A DNA stretch of 64,000 bases from Candidatus Latescibacterota bacterium (GCA_963791045.1 CAWBQK010000018.1:1-64000), one strand, 5' to 3'; shown: positions 21,867 to 31,419, numbered from the stretch's first letter. The notes: generated by a model not told the origin, from the sequence alone. A program made the numbers and translations.

Positions 21867-24173
21867 ATGGAGAAACGCACACTCGGAACATTTCTTGGCG
21901 TGTTCACGCCGACGGTTCTCACGATTCTTGGTGTGATCATGTATCTTCGATTTGGCTGGCTCGTCGGCAGTTTGGGGCTGTTTCGCGTTCTCGCCGTCGT
22001 ACTGCTCGCCAATATGATTACGTTTATTACGACGCTGTCTTTTTCCGCCGTGGCGACCAACGCCAAGGTGGGCGCCGGCGGGGCCTATTTTATTATCTCG
22101 CGGAGTCTCGGGCTCGAACTTGGCGGCGCCATCGGCGTTCCGCTTTTCTTGTCGCAAGCGTTTTCCGTGACGCTGTACGCATACGGTCTCGCGGAATCAT
22201 TTCGTATCATCTGGCCGGAGCTTCCCATCCAGCCGGTGACGTTTCTCGTCATTGCCGCCGTCGGGCTTCTTGCCGTTGCGGGAGCGGATAAAGCCCTCCG
22301 GATACAAGTGATCTTCATGGGGTTTGTCGGCATCTCGCTTATTGCCCTGGCCGCGGGCGTGTTTGCGAGGTCGTCCGAAGTGCCAATGGTGATTCATCCG
22401 CCCTCGGGTTCGGTCGGATTCTGGGCTGGGTTTGCCGTGTTTTTCCCAGCGGTGACTGGGGTGATGGCGGGTTTGGGATTGTCCGGAGATCTGCGCGATC
22501 CCGGCCGATCGATTCCGCTTGGATCGATACTGGCTGTATCGGTCGGATTCCTGATTTATATGATCGTCCCCGTCTTGCTGGCGTTTGGCGCCGATCCCAA
22601 CGAATTGAGGGAAGATCCGCTCATCTGGACTCGAATATCCGTTTTGGGACCGTATCTCGTGCTGCCCGGTCTGTGGTCGGCGATTTTTTCATCGGCGGTG
22701 GGGTCGATACTGGCGGCGCCGCGAACCCTGCAGGCGCTGGCCAGGGATGGTCTCGCGCCGCGTCGTTTGTGGAGACCAACCGGTGACTGGCGTGAGATTC
22801 TCCCCGGACTTGCCGTTTCGCTCGCGATTGCGTCCGCCGCCGTTCTTCTTGGCAACCTCAACGCCGTCGCCGCCGTGGTATCGATGTTTTTTCTCACCGT
22901 GTACGGCACTATAAATATTGTCGCCGCGTTCGAAGTGTTGAGCGGTGACCCGTCATGGAGGCCGCGAATCCGCGTCCACTGGATTGTGAACCTTTTCGGG
23001 GGGATTGCATGCGTATTCGTAATGGTCCTTATAAACCCACTGGCGGGTATAGTGGCCTTCGCCGCCGAATTATCGCTATGGATGTACTTGTCGCGGCGGG
23101 TACAGAAGGCCCGTTGGGGTGACGCGCGCCGGGGGCTTTATGAGAATCTCATCCGGTGGGCGCTGATTCATCTCGCCATGCGGCCCTTGAGCCCCAGAAA
23201 CTGGCGGCCGCACGTCCTTGTTTTCGTGGACGATCCGCTGCGTGAACTCGATCTGATTCGTTTCGGTGACTGGTTCAGTCAGGGGCGCGGCGTCGTAACC
23301 GTGTGCCATCTTATTGTCGGCGACCTCATGTCCGAGGACCTCAACCTTGCCGAGAAAAAGCAGGAGATCCAGCAGGTGATGAACGACGAGGAACTCGTCG
23401 TGTTCGCCGAAACCGATGTGGTCAATGACGTCGTCGAGGGAATGGTCGATGTCGCGCAGGCGAACGGGATAGCGGGTCTTACCAGCAACACGATAGTGCT
23501 TGGCTGGCCCAATGATCTCGGAATGCGTTGTGAGTTTCTCCGGGCGCTCCCAAAGCTCGAGCGGCTCAAGAAATCACTGGTGTTGGGGCGGATCAAACCG
23601 AAGTATGTGTATCATCGCGAGAAGCGAAAGATCCAGGTTTGGTGGGGTGGGTTGGAGCAAAACAGCGACCTTATGCTTCTTTTGGCTTACCTTCTTACGC
23701 GGAACCACGAGTGGAGAGATGCGGAAGTCGAAGTGATGAGTATCGCGTCGAGCGAGATGGTCAAAACGCGCACCGAAAAATATCTTGATGAACTCATCCC
23801 GGAGATTCGAATCGAGGCGACCAGCCGGGTGATCTTGAAGCCCAAGGATCTGACGGTAATGCAACTGATTCAACGTGAAAGTGCCGAAGCGGAGGTTGTT
23901 TTTATGGGTCTCGGGACACCCGCTCCCGAAGATGTGGAGAGTTACGCGGAGCGTTTGGAGGAACTTGCAGGTGACCTTCCCGTTGTTTTCTTCGTCAAGA
24001 ATGCCAGCATGTTCGTCGGAGAATTGCTCGAGCCCCCGGAAGAAGAGTTTGACGCCGATGTACCAGAAGACGAAACGGTCAGATCTGAGGAATCGAAGAC
24101 CGGCGAAGAATCGCCTCCGGCCGAGAAGCCTCCACCAGGAACATCGGACCATGCCGGTCCCGGTGACGGTTGA
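21867..24173 (+). CDS. SLC12/cation-chloride cotransporter-like protein (APC superfamily)
   Basis: LGTFLGVFTPTVLTILGVIMYLR, GGAYFIISRSLG, FFPAVTGVMAG, RNWRP, IQVWWG and a cytoplasmic C-terminal domain. Confidence 0.9.
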   Translation: MEKRTLGTFLGVFTPTVLTILGVIMYLRFGWLVGSLGLFRVLAVVLLANMITFITTLSFSAVATNAKVGAGGAYFIISRSLGLELGGAIGVPLFLSQAFSVTLYAYGLAESFRIIWPELPIQPVTFLVIAAVGLLAVAGADKALRIQVIFMGFVGISLIALAAGVFARSSEVPMVIHPPSGSVGFWAGFAVFFPAVTGVMAGLGLSGDLRDPGRSIPLGSILAVSVGFLIYMIVPVLLAFGADPNELREDPLIWTRISVLGPYLVLPGLWSAIFSSAVGSILAAPRTLQALARDGLAPRRLWRPTGDWREILPGLAVSLAIASAAVLLGNLNAVAAVVSMFFLTVYGTINIVAAFEVLSGDPSWRPRIRVHWIVNLFGGIACVFVMVLINPLAGIVAFAAELSLWMYLSRRVQKARWGDARRGLYENLIRWALIHLAMRPLSPRNWRPHVLVFVDDPLRELDLIRFGDWFSQGRGVVTVCHLIVGDLMSEDLNLAEKKQEIQQVMNDEELVVFAETDVVNDVVEGMVDVAQANGIAGLTSNTIVLGWPNDLGMRCEFLRALPKLERLKKSLVLGRIKPKYVYHREKRKIQVWWGGLEQNSDLMLLLAYLLTRNHEWRDAEVEVMSIASSEMVKTRTEKYLDELIPEIRIEATSRVILKPKDLTVMQLIQRESAEAEVVFMGLGTPAPEDVESYAERLEELAGDLPVVFFVKNASMFVGELLEPPEEEFDADVPEDETVRSEESKTGEESPPAEKPPPGTSDHAGPGDG

Positions 24174-24215
24174 ACTTCCGGTTCGGCGTGGACTCTCAAG
24201 TCATGACCGGGCTCG

Positions 24216-25085
24216 TCACGCCTCTCCGTCTGGGGGATCGAAGTGGATGGGATCTCTCAGGTTTTGCAACGCGCGATAGTAAAACAGCACCGTCGGTTTT
24301 TTGCGGTCGAACCGGAGCCGGCGCAGAAAATCGATCTCGGAATCACTCGCGTCGCCGCTCAGCGCCTGATCGGCGAGAAACTTTTTGAATCCCGGTTGCG
24401 AGTCGCCGGGATATTCCGCCTCTGTTTCGATCAACTCGAACGTTTTTTCATGCCCCGGGGTCAGCCTCGGATCGGTCGTGATTTCGACGGCAAATGTCGA
24501 GAGATCGACATCCCATCGATCAACAAGGACATCCAATAATAGAGCCAGGTCCGTCCCGTTGGCGGACAAAATGTCCGAGTTCAAAACCTTCTCCATCATT
24601 GCCCGGAGATTCTCATTGCTCACCCCCGCCGTTTCTCCCACAGCGTTCATCCATTCCATGTGGTCAATATCGGCGCGGATGATGTTTTTTATGACTTCCA
24701 AAAGTTTCTCGGCGACTACGCGTTCAACAACCCCGAACGATCGCCGGTTGAAAACGTCCCGGACATGGCCGGCCGATCGCGGATCGCATTTTATGAGGAT
24801 GGTCTCGCGGACCTCCGGAAAAAGAGGCTTTGGAGCGGGTGCGACCTCCTGCCTTGAGTCGGGTTTGGCGTGGGCGGCCACCAGGGAAGAGAGTGTGCCT
24901 TTTTGGAGTTGGATCACTTCTTCGATGCGATCGTAAAAATCGGTCCGCGCGGGCGAAGGGGGCGGCTTTTTACCTCTGAGTATCTGGGAGATATAGGAGG
25001 GGGTAACCTGTGCTGCAGTAGCCAGATCCGACTGTTTGAGCCCCAATTCCGCCAACCGCTGTGCGACGAGAGTCTTGAAATCCAC
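24216..25085 (-). CDS. XRE-family helix-turn-helix regulator with long C-terminal region
   Basis: N-terminal LKQSDLATAAQVTPSYISQILRG HTH; GTG start with SD AAGGAG. Confidence 0.85.
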   Translation of the reverse strand: MDFKTLVAQRLAELGLKQSDLATAAQVTPSYISQILRGKKPPPSPARTDFYDRIEEVIQLQKGTLSSLVAAHAKPDSRQEVAPAPKPLFPEVRETILIKCDPRSAGHVRDVFNRRSFGVVERVVAEKLLEVIKNIIRADIDHMEWMNAVGETAGVSNENLRAMMEKVLNSDILSANGTDLALLLDVLVDRWDVDLSTFAVEITTDPRLTPGHEKTFELIETEAEYPGDSQPGFKKFLADQALSGDASDSEIDFLRRLRFDRKKPTVLFYYRALQNLRDPIHFDPPDGEA

Positions 25086-25099
25086 GGGAAACTCCTTGT

Positions 25100-25174
25100 G
25101 ATTAACTTAGTGAGGTTAATCTATACAAAAACAATTCGCTTGACAAGCTCTAAATATGAACTAATATTAGTTAA
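25100..25174. promoter_or_regulatory. Two related inverted repeats (AAC-N8-GTTAA) overlapping the divergent promoter region
   Basis: GATTAAC-TTAGTGAG-GTTAATC (25100-25121) and TGAAC-TAATATTA-GTTAA (25157-25174); TTGACA at 25140-25145. Confidence 0.6.
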
Positions 25175-25357
25175 CCAGCGACGCGTGGCCATACACCAGT
25201 GGAAGCAATTGTTACATAGATAGTTACGAATCCTTGTGCGCCAAAATGAAGGAGGTAGGCGGCAACAGAGTGCAAATGGCCGGTTTATTCGGCCGGGGTT
25301 CGGGTGCAGGTCCGGCTGGGGGAAATTGAAAATTTCTAAAATACGGAGAATAATAAA

Positions 25358-26833
25358 ATGAACATGACAAAATTAATTTCGATGATCCTGATTTCCGGAG
25401 TTGTGGCGTTGGCTTTCCTTGCTCCGGCAATGGGACAGGGAGATATAAAAGCATCACTCTTTGCCGTGGCGGACAGCGCGTTGTCAAACGCCAAAAAGGC
25501 GCAGGCGGATATCCTGGCGCCGAAGAGCTTTGACCGCGCGATGAAATTGTACACCGATGCCGAAAAGGATCTCGAAAAAGGCAAAAACCTCGACGACATT
25601 CGCAAGAAATTGACGGAGGCGGGATCATACTTCGACAAGTCAACCGAAGCCAGCGAACTCGGCCGCCTCACACTTGAAAAGGCGATTGCGGCGCGAGAGG
25701 ATGCGAAAGAAGCGGGATCCGCAACGTATTCGACTGAGACTTGGGGCAAGGCTGAAGCCAAGTTTCGCGAGGGCGCCGCAAAGCTAGAAGACGGTGACAT
25801 CAACAATGCGAGGAAAAAGGGCGGGGAGGCCGAGCAGATTTACCGGCAGGCGGAACTCGAAGCCATTAAGGCTAGTTATTTGAAGGAAACGTGGGGCCTT
25901 CTCGAGACGGCGAACGACAAATACCGACGTCGAAGCCGCGAAGACCATTCTCGCGCTGACAAGTTGGCCAAGGAGGCCGAGTCGGAGCTGATTGAGAACC
26001 GGTATGACACCGACCGTCCGCGAAGTCTGGCGCGTCAGGCAAATTATGAGGCCAAGCACGCGATATATCTTGGAAAAACAGTTCAAGAAATGGAACGCGG
26101 AAAAAAGAGTTTTGAAGACGCGATGCTGTTGAGCGAGGAACCGTTGAGGGAGATAGCCGCAGTGATCGACATTGCCGCCGAATTCGATGAAGGATACGGG
26201 AAAACAACCGGGCAAGTGATCGAGCACCTCAAATCCCTGCAGGATGCCAACGCAAAGCTGACTCAAGATGTCACGGACCGCGACGAGGAACTGAAGAACA
26301 TGGGCGCGAGGGTTGTTGAACTCGAAGCCCAACTCGGTGGAATAGCCCAGGAAAAAACCGCGCTGACAAAACAGATGGAAGCACAGGCGGAAATGCGTGC
26401 GCGGTTCGCGGCGGTCGAAGGTATGTTCGACAGCGAGACGGCAAATGTATTCCGTGACGGTAACAAAGTCATCATTCGCGTGACGGGAATCAATTTCGCT
26501 TCCGGGCGTGCGGACATCAATCCTCAGAACTTTGAACTGCTGACGTCGGTCGAGAAGGCGATCGATACGTTCCCGGCATGCCACATCACTGTGGAGGGAC
26601 ATACGGACTCATACGGCAGCGATGAAAAAAACCTGGAGCTCTCGGAAGAGCGCGCCGTGGCGGTTAAAGCGTATCTGATGGCAAACATGAATCTCGATTC
26701 AACCCGGATCGACGCGAGAGGGCTCGGCGAGACGTATCCGATCGCCAACAACGAGACCCCCGAGGGTCGGACCAAAAACCGTCGTATTGAGGTCATCATT
26801 CAGCCGCAGACGGGGGCCGAAGCGGGTATGTAG
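25358..26833 (+). CDS. OmpA-family protein with long helical/coiled-coil N-terminal region
   Basis: Signal peptide; C-terminal OmpA domain VEGHTDSYG...NLELSEERA...GRTKNRRIEV. Confidence 0.9.
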   Translation: MNMTKLISMILISGVVALAFLAPAMGQGDIKASLFAVADSALSNAKKAQADILAPKSFDRAMKLYTDAEKDLEKGKNLDDIRKKLTEAGSYFDKSTEASELGRLTLEKAIAAREDAKEAGSATYSTETWGKAEAKFREGAAKLEDGDINNARKKGGEAEQIYRQAELEAIKASYLKETWGLLETANDKYRRRSREDHSRADKLAKEAESELIENRYDTDRPRSLARQANYEAKHAIYLGKTVQEMERGKKSFEDAMLLSEEPLREIAAVIDIAAEFDEGYGKTTGQVIEHLKSLQDANAKLTQDVTDRDEELKNMGARVVELEAQLGGIAQEKTALTKQMEAQAEMRARFAAVEGMFDSETANVFRDGNKVIIRVTGINFASGRADINPQNFELLTSVEKAIDTFPACHITVEGHTDSYGSDEKNLELSEERAVAVKAYLMANMNLDSTRIDARGLGETYPIANNETPEGRTKNRRIEVIIQPQTGAEAGM

Positions 26834-26869
26834 CGAGATGGCGGACATTTCGTAGTGTATCGAATTTGG

Positions 26870-26908
26870 AAGGCGGCGTGGGTTACAAGATTCACGCCGC
26901 CTTTTTTT
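26870..26908 (+). terminator. Rho-independent terminator
   Basis: AAGGCGGCGTG...CACGCCGCCTTTTTTT. Confidence 0.85.
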
Positions 26909-27022
26909 GACGGACCTGCAATTTTTCCTTATTCACTGCGGTGATCCGTTTGCCTTGACATTGGCCTCCGGAATCACAATTTTTAGAAACCATTACTTTT
27001 TGATAACAACAGGAGGAAAACT

Positions 27023-28030
27023 ATGTTTAACGCATACGCCGCCGACAGTGCCGAAGGAAAACTCAAACCCTTCGAGTACGACCCGGGCGCGCTTCGCGCC
27101 GACCAGGTGGAGATTGATGTCGACTATTGCGGGATCTGCCACTCGGATCTCTCGATGCTCAAGAATCACTGGGAAATGACGGGTTACCCGTTTGTGCCCG
27201 GTCACGAGGTTGCAGGGCGAATCGCCGCCGTCGGCGACAACGTCAAGCATCTCAGTGTGGGGCAGAGCGTCGGGCTCGGGTGGTTTTCGGAGAGCTGCAT
27301 GACATGTCCGCAGTGCATGTCGGGCGATCACAACCTCTGCGCGACCATCGAGCAGACGATCATCGGTCGCTTTGGCGGGTTTGCCAATAAGGTTCGCTGC
27401 CATGCCGGGTGGGCCATTCCGCTCCCCGAAGGTGTGGACTCGGCCAACGCGGGGCCGCTCTTTTGCGGCGGCATCACGGTGTTCAATCCGATTACCGAGT
27501 TTGGCGTGAAACCGACGGATCGTGTCGGCGTGATCGGCATCGGTGGGCTGGGGCACCTGGCCGTCCAGTTCCTCAACAAGTGGGGTTGTGAAGTGACGGC
27601 CTTTACGTCGACCGGGCCGAAGGCCGAAGATGCCCGGCGCATGGGCGCGCACCACATCGTCAATTCGAGGAGCGACGACGAGATCGGCAAGATCGAAGGC
27701 TCGTTGGATTTTATTATCTGTACGGCCAACGTGGCGCTCAACTGGGACGCCTACATCGCGGCGCTTGCCCCCAAGGGAAAGCTCCACGTCGTTGGCGCGG
27801 TTCCCGAACCGATCCCCGTGCACGTGTTCCCGCTGCTCGTCGCACAGAAGTCGATTTCGGCTTCGCCACTCGGCAGCCCGCAGACCACGGCGACGATGCT
27901 TGATTTCTGTGCGCGGCACGAGATCGCCCCGGTGACCGAGGAATTTCCAATGTCGAAGGTCAACGAAGCGCTCGATCACCTCGAATCAGGAAAAGCTCGT
28001 TATAGAATCGTTCTTAAGAATGATTTTTAA
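27023..28030 (+). CDS. Zn-dependent NAD(P)H alcohol dehydrogenase/aldehyde reductase (Ahr/YjgB-like, CAD family)
   Basis: CGICHSD, PGHE, structural Zn CxxCxxCx7C, CGGITV, GIGGLGH, ARYRIVL. Confidence 0.93.
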   Translation: MFNAYAADSAEGKLKPFEYDPGALRADQVEIDVDYCGICHSDLSMLKNHWEMTGYPFVPGHEVAGRIAAVGDNVKHLSVGQSVGLGWFSESCMTCPQCMSGDHNLCATIEQTIIGRFGGFANKVRCHAGWAIPLPEGVDSANAGPLFCGGITVFNPITEFGVKPTDRVGVIGIGGLGHLAVQFLNKWGCEVTAFTSTGPKAEDARRMGAHHIVNSRSDDEIGKIEGSLDFIICTANVALNWDAYIAALAPKGKLHVVGAVPEPIPVHVFPLLVAQKSISASPLGSPQTTATMLDFCARHEIAPVTEEFPMSKVNEALDHLESGKARYRIVLKNDF

Positions 28031-28139
28031 CTTATTGCTAATTAAGTAATAAGGCGCTTGGTGGTGGATGCCCTCCGCACACGAGCGATTTTGAGGTTGC
28101 AGACCTTTTGGCCGGACGGTTAATTTTAAGACAAGAAAT

Positions 28140-28400
28140 CCGCACCTGAGTGCGGCGGCTTCGGCGGCCTGGGCGGCCGACGGGGCCGGGTGAGGTGGGT
28201 CTCACCGAATTTGGGCACGCCCGGCAAGGAGGTGATCCAGTGAAATCTGACAGATGCGGCTTAGTGGAGGTGGCGTCCCTGTAGAGAGGGCACTCCCGAG
28301 CGCGTGGCGCTAGTCAGGGATCACCCCGTGCGGGGTAACCCAACGCCACCGATACTGAAGCAAATGAGGCTCCGCGACGTTTTGTCGCGGAGCCTCTTGT
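28140..28400 (+). ncRNA. Putative structured small RNA or small-ORF transcript with extended 16S-complementary sequence
   Basis: Series of GC-rich stems; AAGGAGGTGATCCAG at 28226-28240; multibranch domain closed by GGTGGCGT (28269-28276) and ACGCCACC (28343-28350); 13-bp terminator stem. No long ORF. Confidence 0.6.
28240..28284 (+). CDS. Putative 14-aa peptide MKSDRCGLVEVASL
   Basis: GTG start 7 nt after GGAGG of an exceptionally long SD; TAG at 28282-28284. Confidence 0.45.
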   Translation: MKSDRCGLVEVASL

Positions 28401-28403
28401 TTT
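28366..28403 (+). terminator. Rho-independent terminator (may also serve the convergent minus-strand gene)
   Basis: GAGGCTCCGCGAC-GTTTT-GTCGCGGAGCCTC-TTGTTTT. Confidence 0.85.
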
Positions 28404-28433
28404 GCGAGCATGGTGCAGCGTCTGAAAAGTCTG

Positions 28434-29036
28434 TCAGAACGCCAGACCCATAAAGGTAACGAGAACTGAAATCGCATTCACTTCAACCTCGGTGGCCTGG
28501 ATTGTCTTGCTTGGTTTTCCCCAGTTCACGGTTGCTTCCAACGACCAGTGTTTTGTGAACTCATAACCGATACCGCCGGTTACACCAAATCCGGTGAACG
28601 TCTCGGAGTCGGATTCGAGCGGAGCGGACCAGGTTGAGACACCGATGGCTCCGACCACGTACCAGGCCGGGGCCTCTGTTTTGAAATAATATGAGATGCC
28701 AACCAATCCTACGCTGGATGCGATGGTGACATCTTCTTGAAGAAGGGAGTCACTCGTGACACTGCTCGATTTGAACCAGGCGACTCGATTCACATAGTAA
28801 ATGAGAAGTTGATCGTTGATGCCGGCGCCGATCTTGAAATCGGTTCCGATGGCAAACTTGCTTTCGCGATCACCCGTTTCATAACCTTCCACGTCACCCT
28901 GGAAAGAACTCCATCCCGGTCCGACACCGAAGCCGAGCAAAAAGCCCTTTCGTTCCCCATTGAATGCCTCTGCTGAGGTCGTCATCACTGCGATCGCAAT
29001 CAAGATAAGAAGTGCGGTGACTGCTCGAAAACGCAT
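28434..29036 (-). CDS. Outer-membrane beta-barrel protein
   Basis: Signal peptide, amphipathic strands, GIGYEFTKHW, terminal Phe. Confidence 0.8.
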   Translation of the reverse strand: MRFRAVTALLILIAIAVMTTSAEAFNGERKGFLLGFGVGPGWSSFQGDVEGYETGDRESKFAIGTDFKIGAGINDQLLIYYVNRVAWFKSSSVTSDSLLQEDVTIASSVGLVGISYYFKTEAPAWYVVGAIGVSTWSAPLESDSETFTGFGVTGGIGYEFTKHWSLEATVNWGKPSKTIQATEVEVNAISVLVTFMGLAF

Positions 29037-29153
29037 TTCGTGGCCCCCGTTGTGGAGATGTGGATTATGCTATTGTGCGCTCAGGTGAGATTCTTACGTT
29101 GATAGTTGAGTCCTTGCACAGAATCCGCGTTGTGTCAAGACAGGTTTGGCCGG

Positions 29154-29843
29154 CTAATCGGATTGTGCGAGAGTGTGTTTGACCCAGAACACAACAGCCA
29201 GAAGCGTGTAGAAGAACGAATGAATCACGTAGGCATAAACAAACCCGCCATCGACTTTGAGAATCAGGGGAGGGAATACGAGCCCCGATACAATAGCCGC
29301 GACGACATAGAATCTCGCGAATGATTTCGCCTGATCGCCGAACAGGTTCATCAGGGGGATGTGTGCGATCGAGAACACGACCGTGTAAATAAGGATGACA
29401 TACAAGAGACTTTCCGTCTCCCGATGGATCGTCAATACCAACGCCACAATCATCGTCTGCTGGAAGAGGACTTCAAACGCTTTCGAGAACAAATAGCGGT
29501 AGTCCAGGGTAAGGAAGAATTCCTGGGGATGCCGGGCGATCACCTTCTGTGGTTTTCGCAGATATTGCCGGGACACGAAATAAAGAACGGGCTGGAGGGC
29601 GATCATCATTGCAAGGATGGTGACGGAGGTTCCGGTAAATGTGTCCGCGAGTGGGAGAAGAGTCGTCATGAATATGACGGCGGCGAGAGCCGTCAGACAA
29701 AGAAAATACGCGGACGTTAAAACAAACTTATCCACGTAGTTAATGCGTCTGGAGCTCAGAGGGCCATAAAACAAGCGCCAGGCTGCTACCCACAGGATCA
29801 GCCAGGTGAGGAGTATCGCGACAGGTCGAAGAAATGCGGTCAT
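29154..29843 (-). CDS. Integral membrane hypothetical protein (possibly CPBP/Abi intramembrane protease-like)
   Basis: Multiple TM helices; FEVLFQ, FSIAH and IHS motifs loosely resemble CPBP motifs. Confidence 0.6.
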   Translation of the reverse strand: MTAFLRPVAILLTWLILWVAAWRLFYGPLSSRRINYVDKFVLTSAYFLCLTALAAVIFMTTLLPLADTFTGTSVTILAMMIALQPVLYFVSRQYLRKPQKVIARHPQEFFLTLDYRYLFSKAFEVLFQQTMIVALVLTIHRETESLLYVILIYTVVFSIAHIPLMNLFGDQAKSFARFYVVAAIVSGLVFPPLILKVDGGFVYAYVIHSFFYTLLAVVFWVKHTLAQSD

Positions 29844-30049
29844 TTGTTTCCCGTAATTAACCGTTACCTTGACAATCTCTCTTACTCATGATAACTTAAA
29901 TGTAAGCCCGCAGCCTGAGTTCCGCACAGTATACCATCTTAGCGTACATCCTTCCTGGCCAACAAAAACAACCCGACGGGGCGCTCCAAAGCGTGCCGTG
30001 GCGCCGTTATTTATACGGATTTTCGTCTTTTTCTGTAAAAGGGGGGAGC

Positions 30050-31030
30050 ATGATGAGAGTCTTGTTTAAGGTGAGTCTGGTGGCCGTGGCCGCGCTGTTT
30101 CTCGTGGCGGCAACGGCGGTCGCACAGCCGTGTCTCGTGAATTGTCCCGCGGGGGACGGCGGACCGATCGGTGCGCCCGGGGCGGGAATCAAGAGTCCGG
30201 ACCTCAACGCGGACACTTTCGTCAATATCGTCGACCTATCGATTTTTGCAGGGCACTGGCCGCCGAACCCGTATGACTATTGCTGCGATTTCTTCTGCGA
30301 CGGCGTCATCAGCCTTCAGGATCTCGCAATCTTCGCCGCCCACTGGCTTCACTCTGGACCTGTGCCTGGATACTGTCAGCCGGCGATCGATCACTACAAG
30401 GTCTACAACGCGCCGGGTGTGTGGTTTCCCGGACCGATTACTTTGAGAGATCAGTTTGGCGAGAGACAAATCTTCGAGCTTCAGTTGACAAAATTTGCCA
30501 CCCCGGTGTCGAAAAACGGGGAGATGATTTTCGATGAGGTCGCCCACCAGGCCTGGTGGGAATTCCGCCATCCGGAGCCGCAACGGATGATCGTGGTGCA
30601 GGATCAGTTTGGCACGCACGAGTGGCTGCTCGGTGATGCCGTTTACCTCTTGAATCCGGCGTTCAAGAATTTGGATGATCCCAGCCTGCCGCTTCCCGAA
30701 CTCAATCATTACGATTGCTATGAGGCGGAGGGTCCGCCGATTCTGTTGGAGGTTATGTTGGCCGATCAGTTCGATCAGGTCATCGTCCTGGTCCTCGAGG
30801 CAAGATACTTCTGTAATCCGTGCGAAAAGATAACTCCGGACGGTATGGTGTATCCAATCATCGACAACGACGCCCACCTGACTGTTTACTTTGTGGAGAA
30901 TCCATTCCCTTACAATATCCAGGTTCGAATCCGGGACCAGTTTGTCGACGAGCCGCTGATTCTATTCGAGAACCAGCTTCTCGCCGTCCCCGCCATAAAG
31001 AAAGAGGTGATCGATCCGCAAGACGAGTAG
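30050..31030 (+). CDS. Secreted protein with dockerin/EF-hand-like pair and duplicated 'HY..Y / DQF' domain
   Basis: Signal peptide; DLNADTFVNIVDL and DFFCDGVISLQDL; four 'DQF' subrepeats in two tandem units. Confidence 0.75.
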   Translation: MMRVLFKVSLVAVAALFLVAATAVAQPCLVNCPAGDGGPIGAPGAGIKSPDLNADTFVNIVDLSIFAGHWPPNPYDYCCDFFCDGVISLQDLAIFAAHWLHSGPVPGYCQPAIDHYKVYNAPGVWFPGPITLRDQFGERQIFELQLTKFATPVSKNGEMIFDEVAHQAWWEFRHPEPQRMIVVQDQFGTHEWLLGDAVYLLNPAFKNLDDPSLPLPELNHYDCYEAEGPPILLEVMLADQFDQVIVLVLEARYFCNPCEKITPDGMVYPIIDNDAHLTVYFVENPFPYNIQVRIRDQFVDEPLILFENQLLAVPAIKKEVIDPQDE

Positions 31031-31120
31031 TGAGAAAGAAATTACCCAGGCGTGGAATGGGACCCGTCCCGCGTGCGAGGTGACGCCGCGTGCGCGACAG
31101 GTTTCCACGTCGTCATATGA

Positions 31121-31161
31121 AACGGTGGGCCGCATCGAGAGGACGGCCCGCCGTTTTTTTT
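31121..31161 (+). terminator. Rho-independent terminator
   Basis: AACGGTGGGCCG...CGGCCCGCCGTTTTTTTT. Confidence 0.8.
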
Positions 31162-31419
31162 GTGCGTCGGCCGGGGTCCGGAGGCAGGTGAGTGGGTGGG
31201 GGGCGTCGTTTTAACTCTTATATTCGATTGAAGTTTAGGCGACTTTGTGATAAAATGCACGAAGTGCAGCGCCCGACCGGGTTTGGGGGTATCGACATCA
31301 CATCTCCCGCATTCACACCTTCCCTCGGAAACGGCGATTCAGCCGCAAACCCACGTCATTTGGGCGCAGATCGTCGCCTGGCAACAACTCTCCATACTCG
31401 CTCCGAAGGGGGATCATCC

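Noticed and set aside
28226-28240. Minus-strand 16S rRNA gene end or fragment
   Set aside because: The match stops after 15 nt and does not continue as CCGCA...; no other rRNA sequence is nearby.
28180-28352. tmRNA, RNase P, SRP or tRNA identity for the structured RNA
   Set aside because: There is no T-loop (GTTCGA) or CCA end, no Ala-Ala tag ending, no GAGGAAAGTCC and no SRP GGAA-loop motif.
31330-31380. c-di-GMP-I riboswitch-like words (GCAAACC...GGGCGCA) upstream of the repeat protein
   Set aside because: It lacks the GNRA tetraloop and receptor arm; the resemblance is too weak without an Infernal search.
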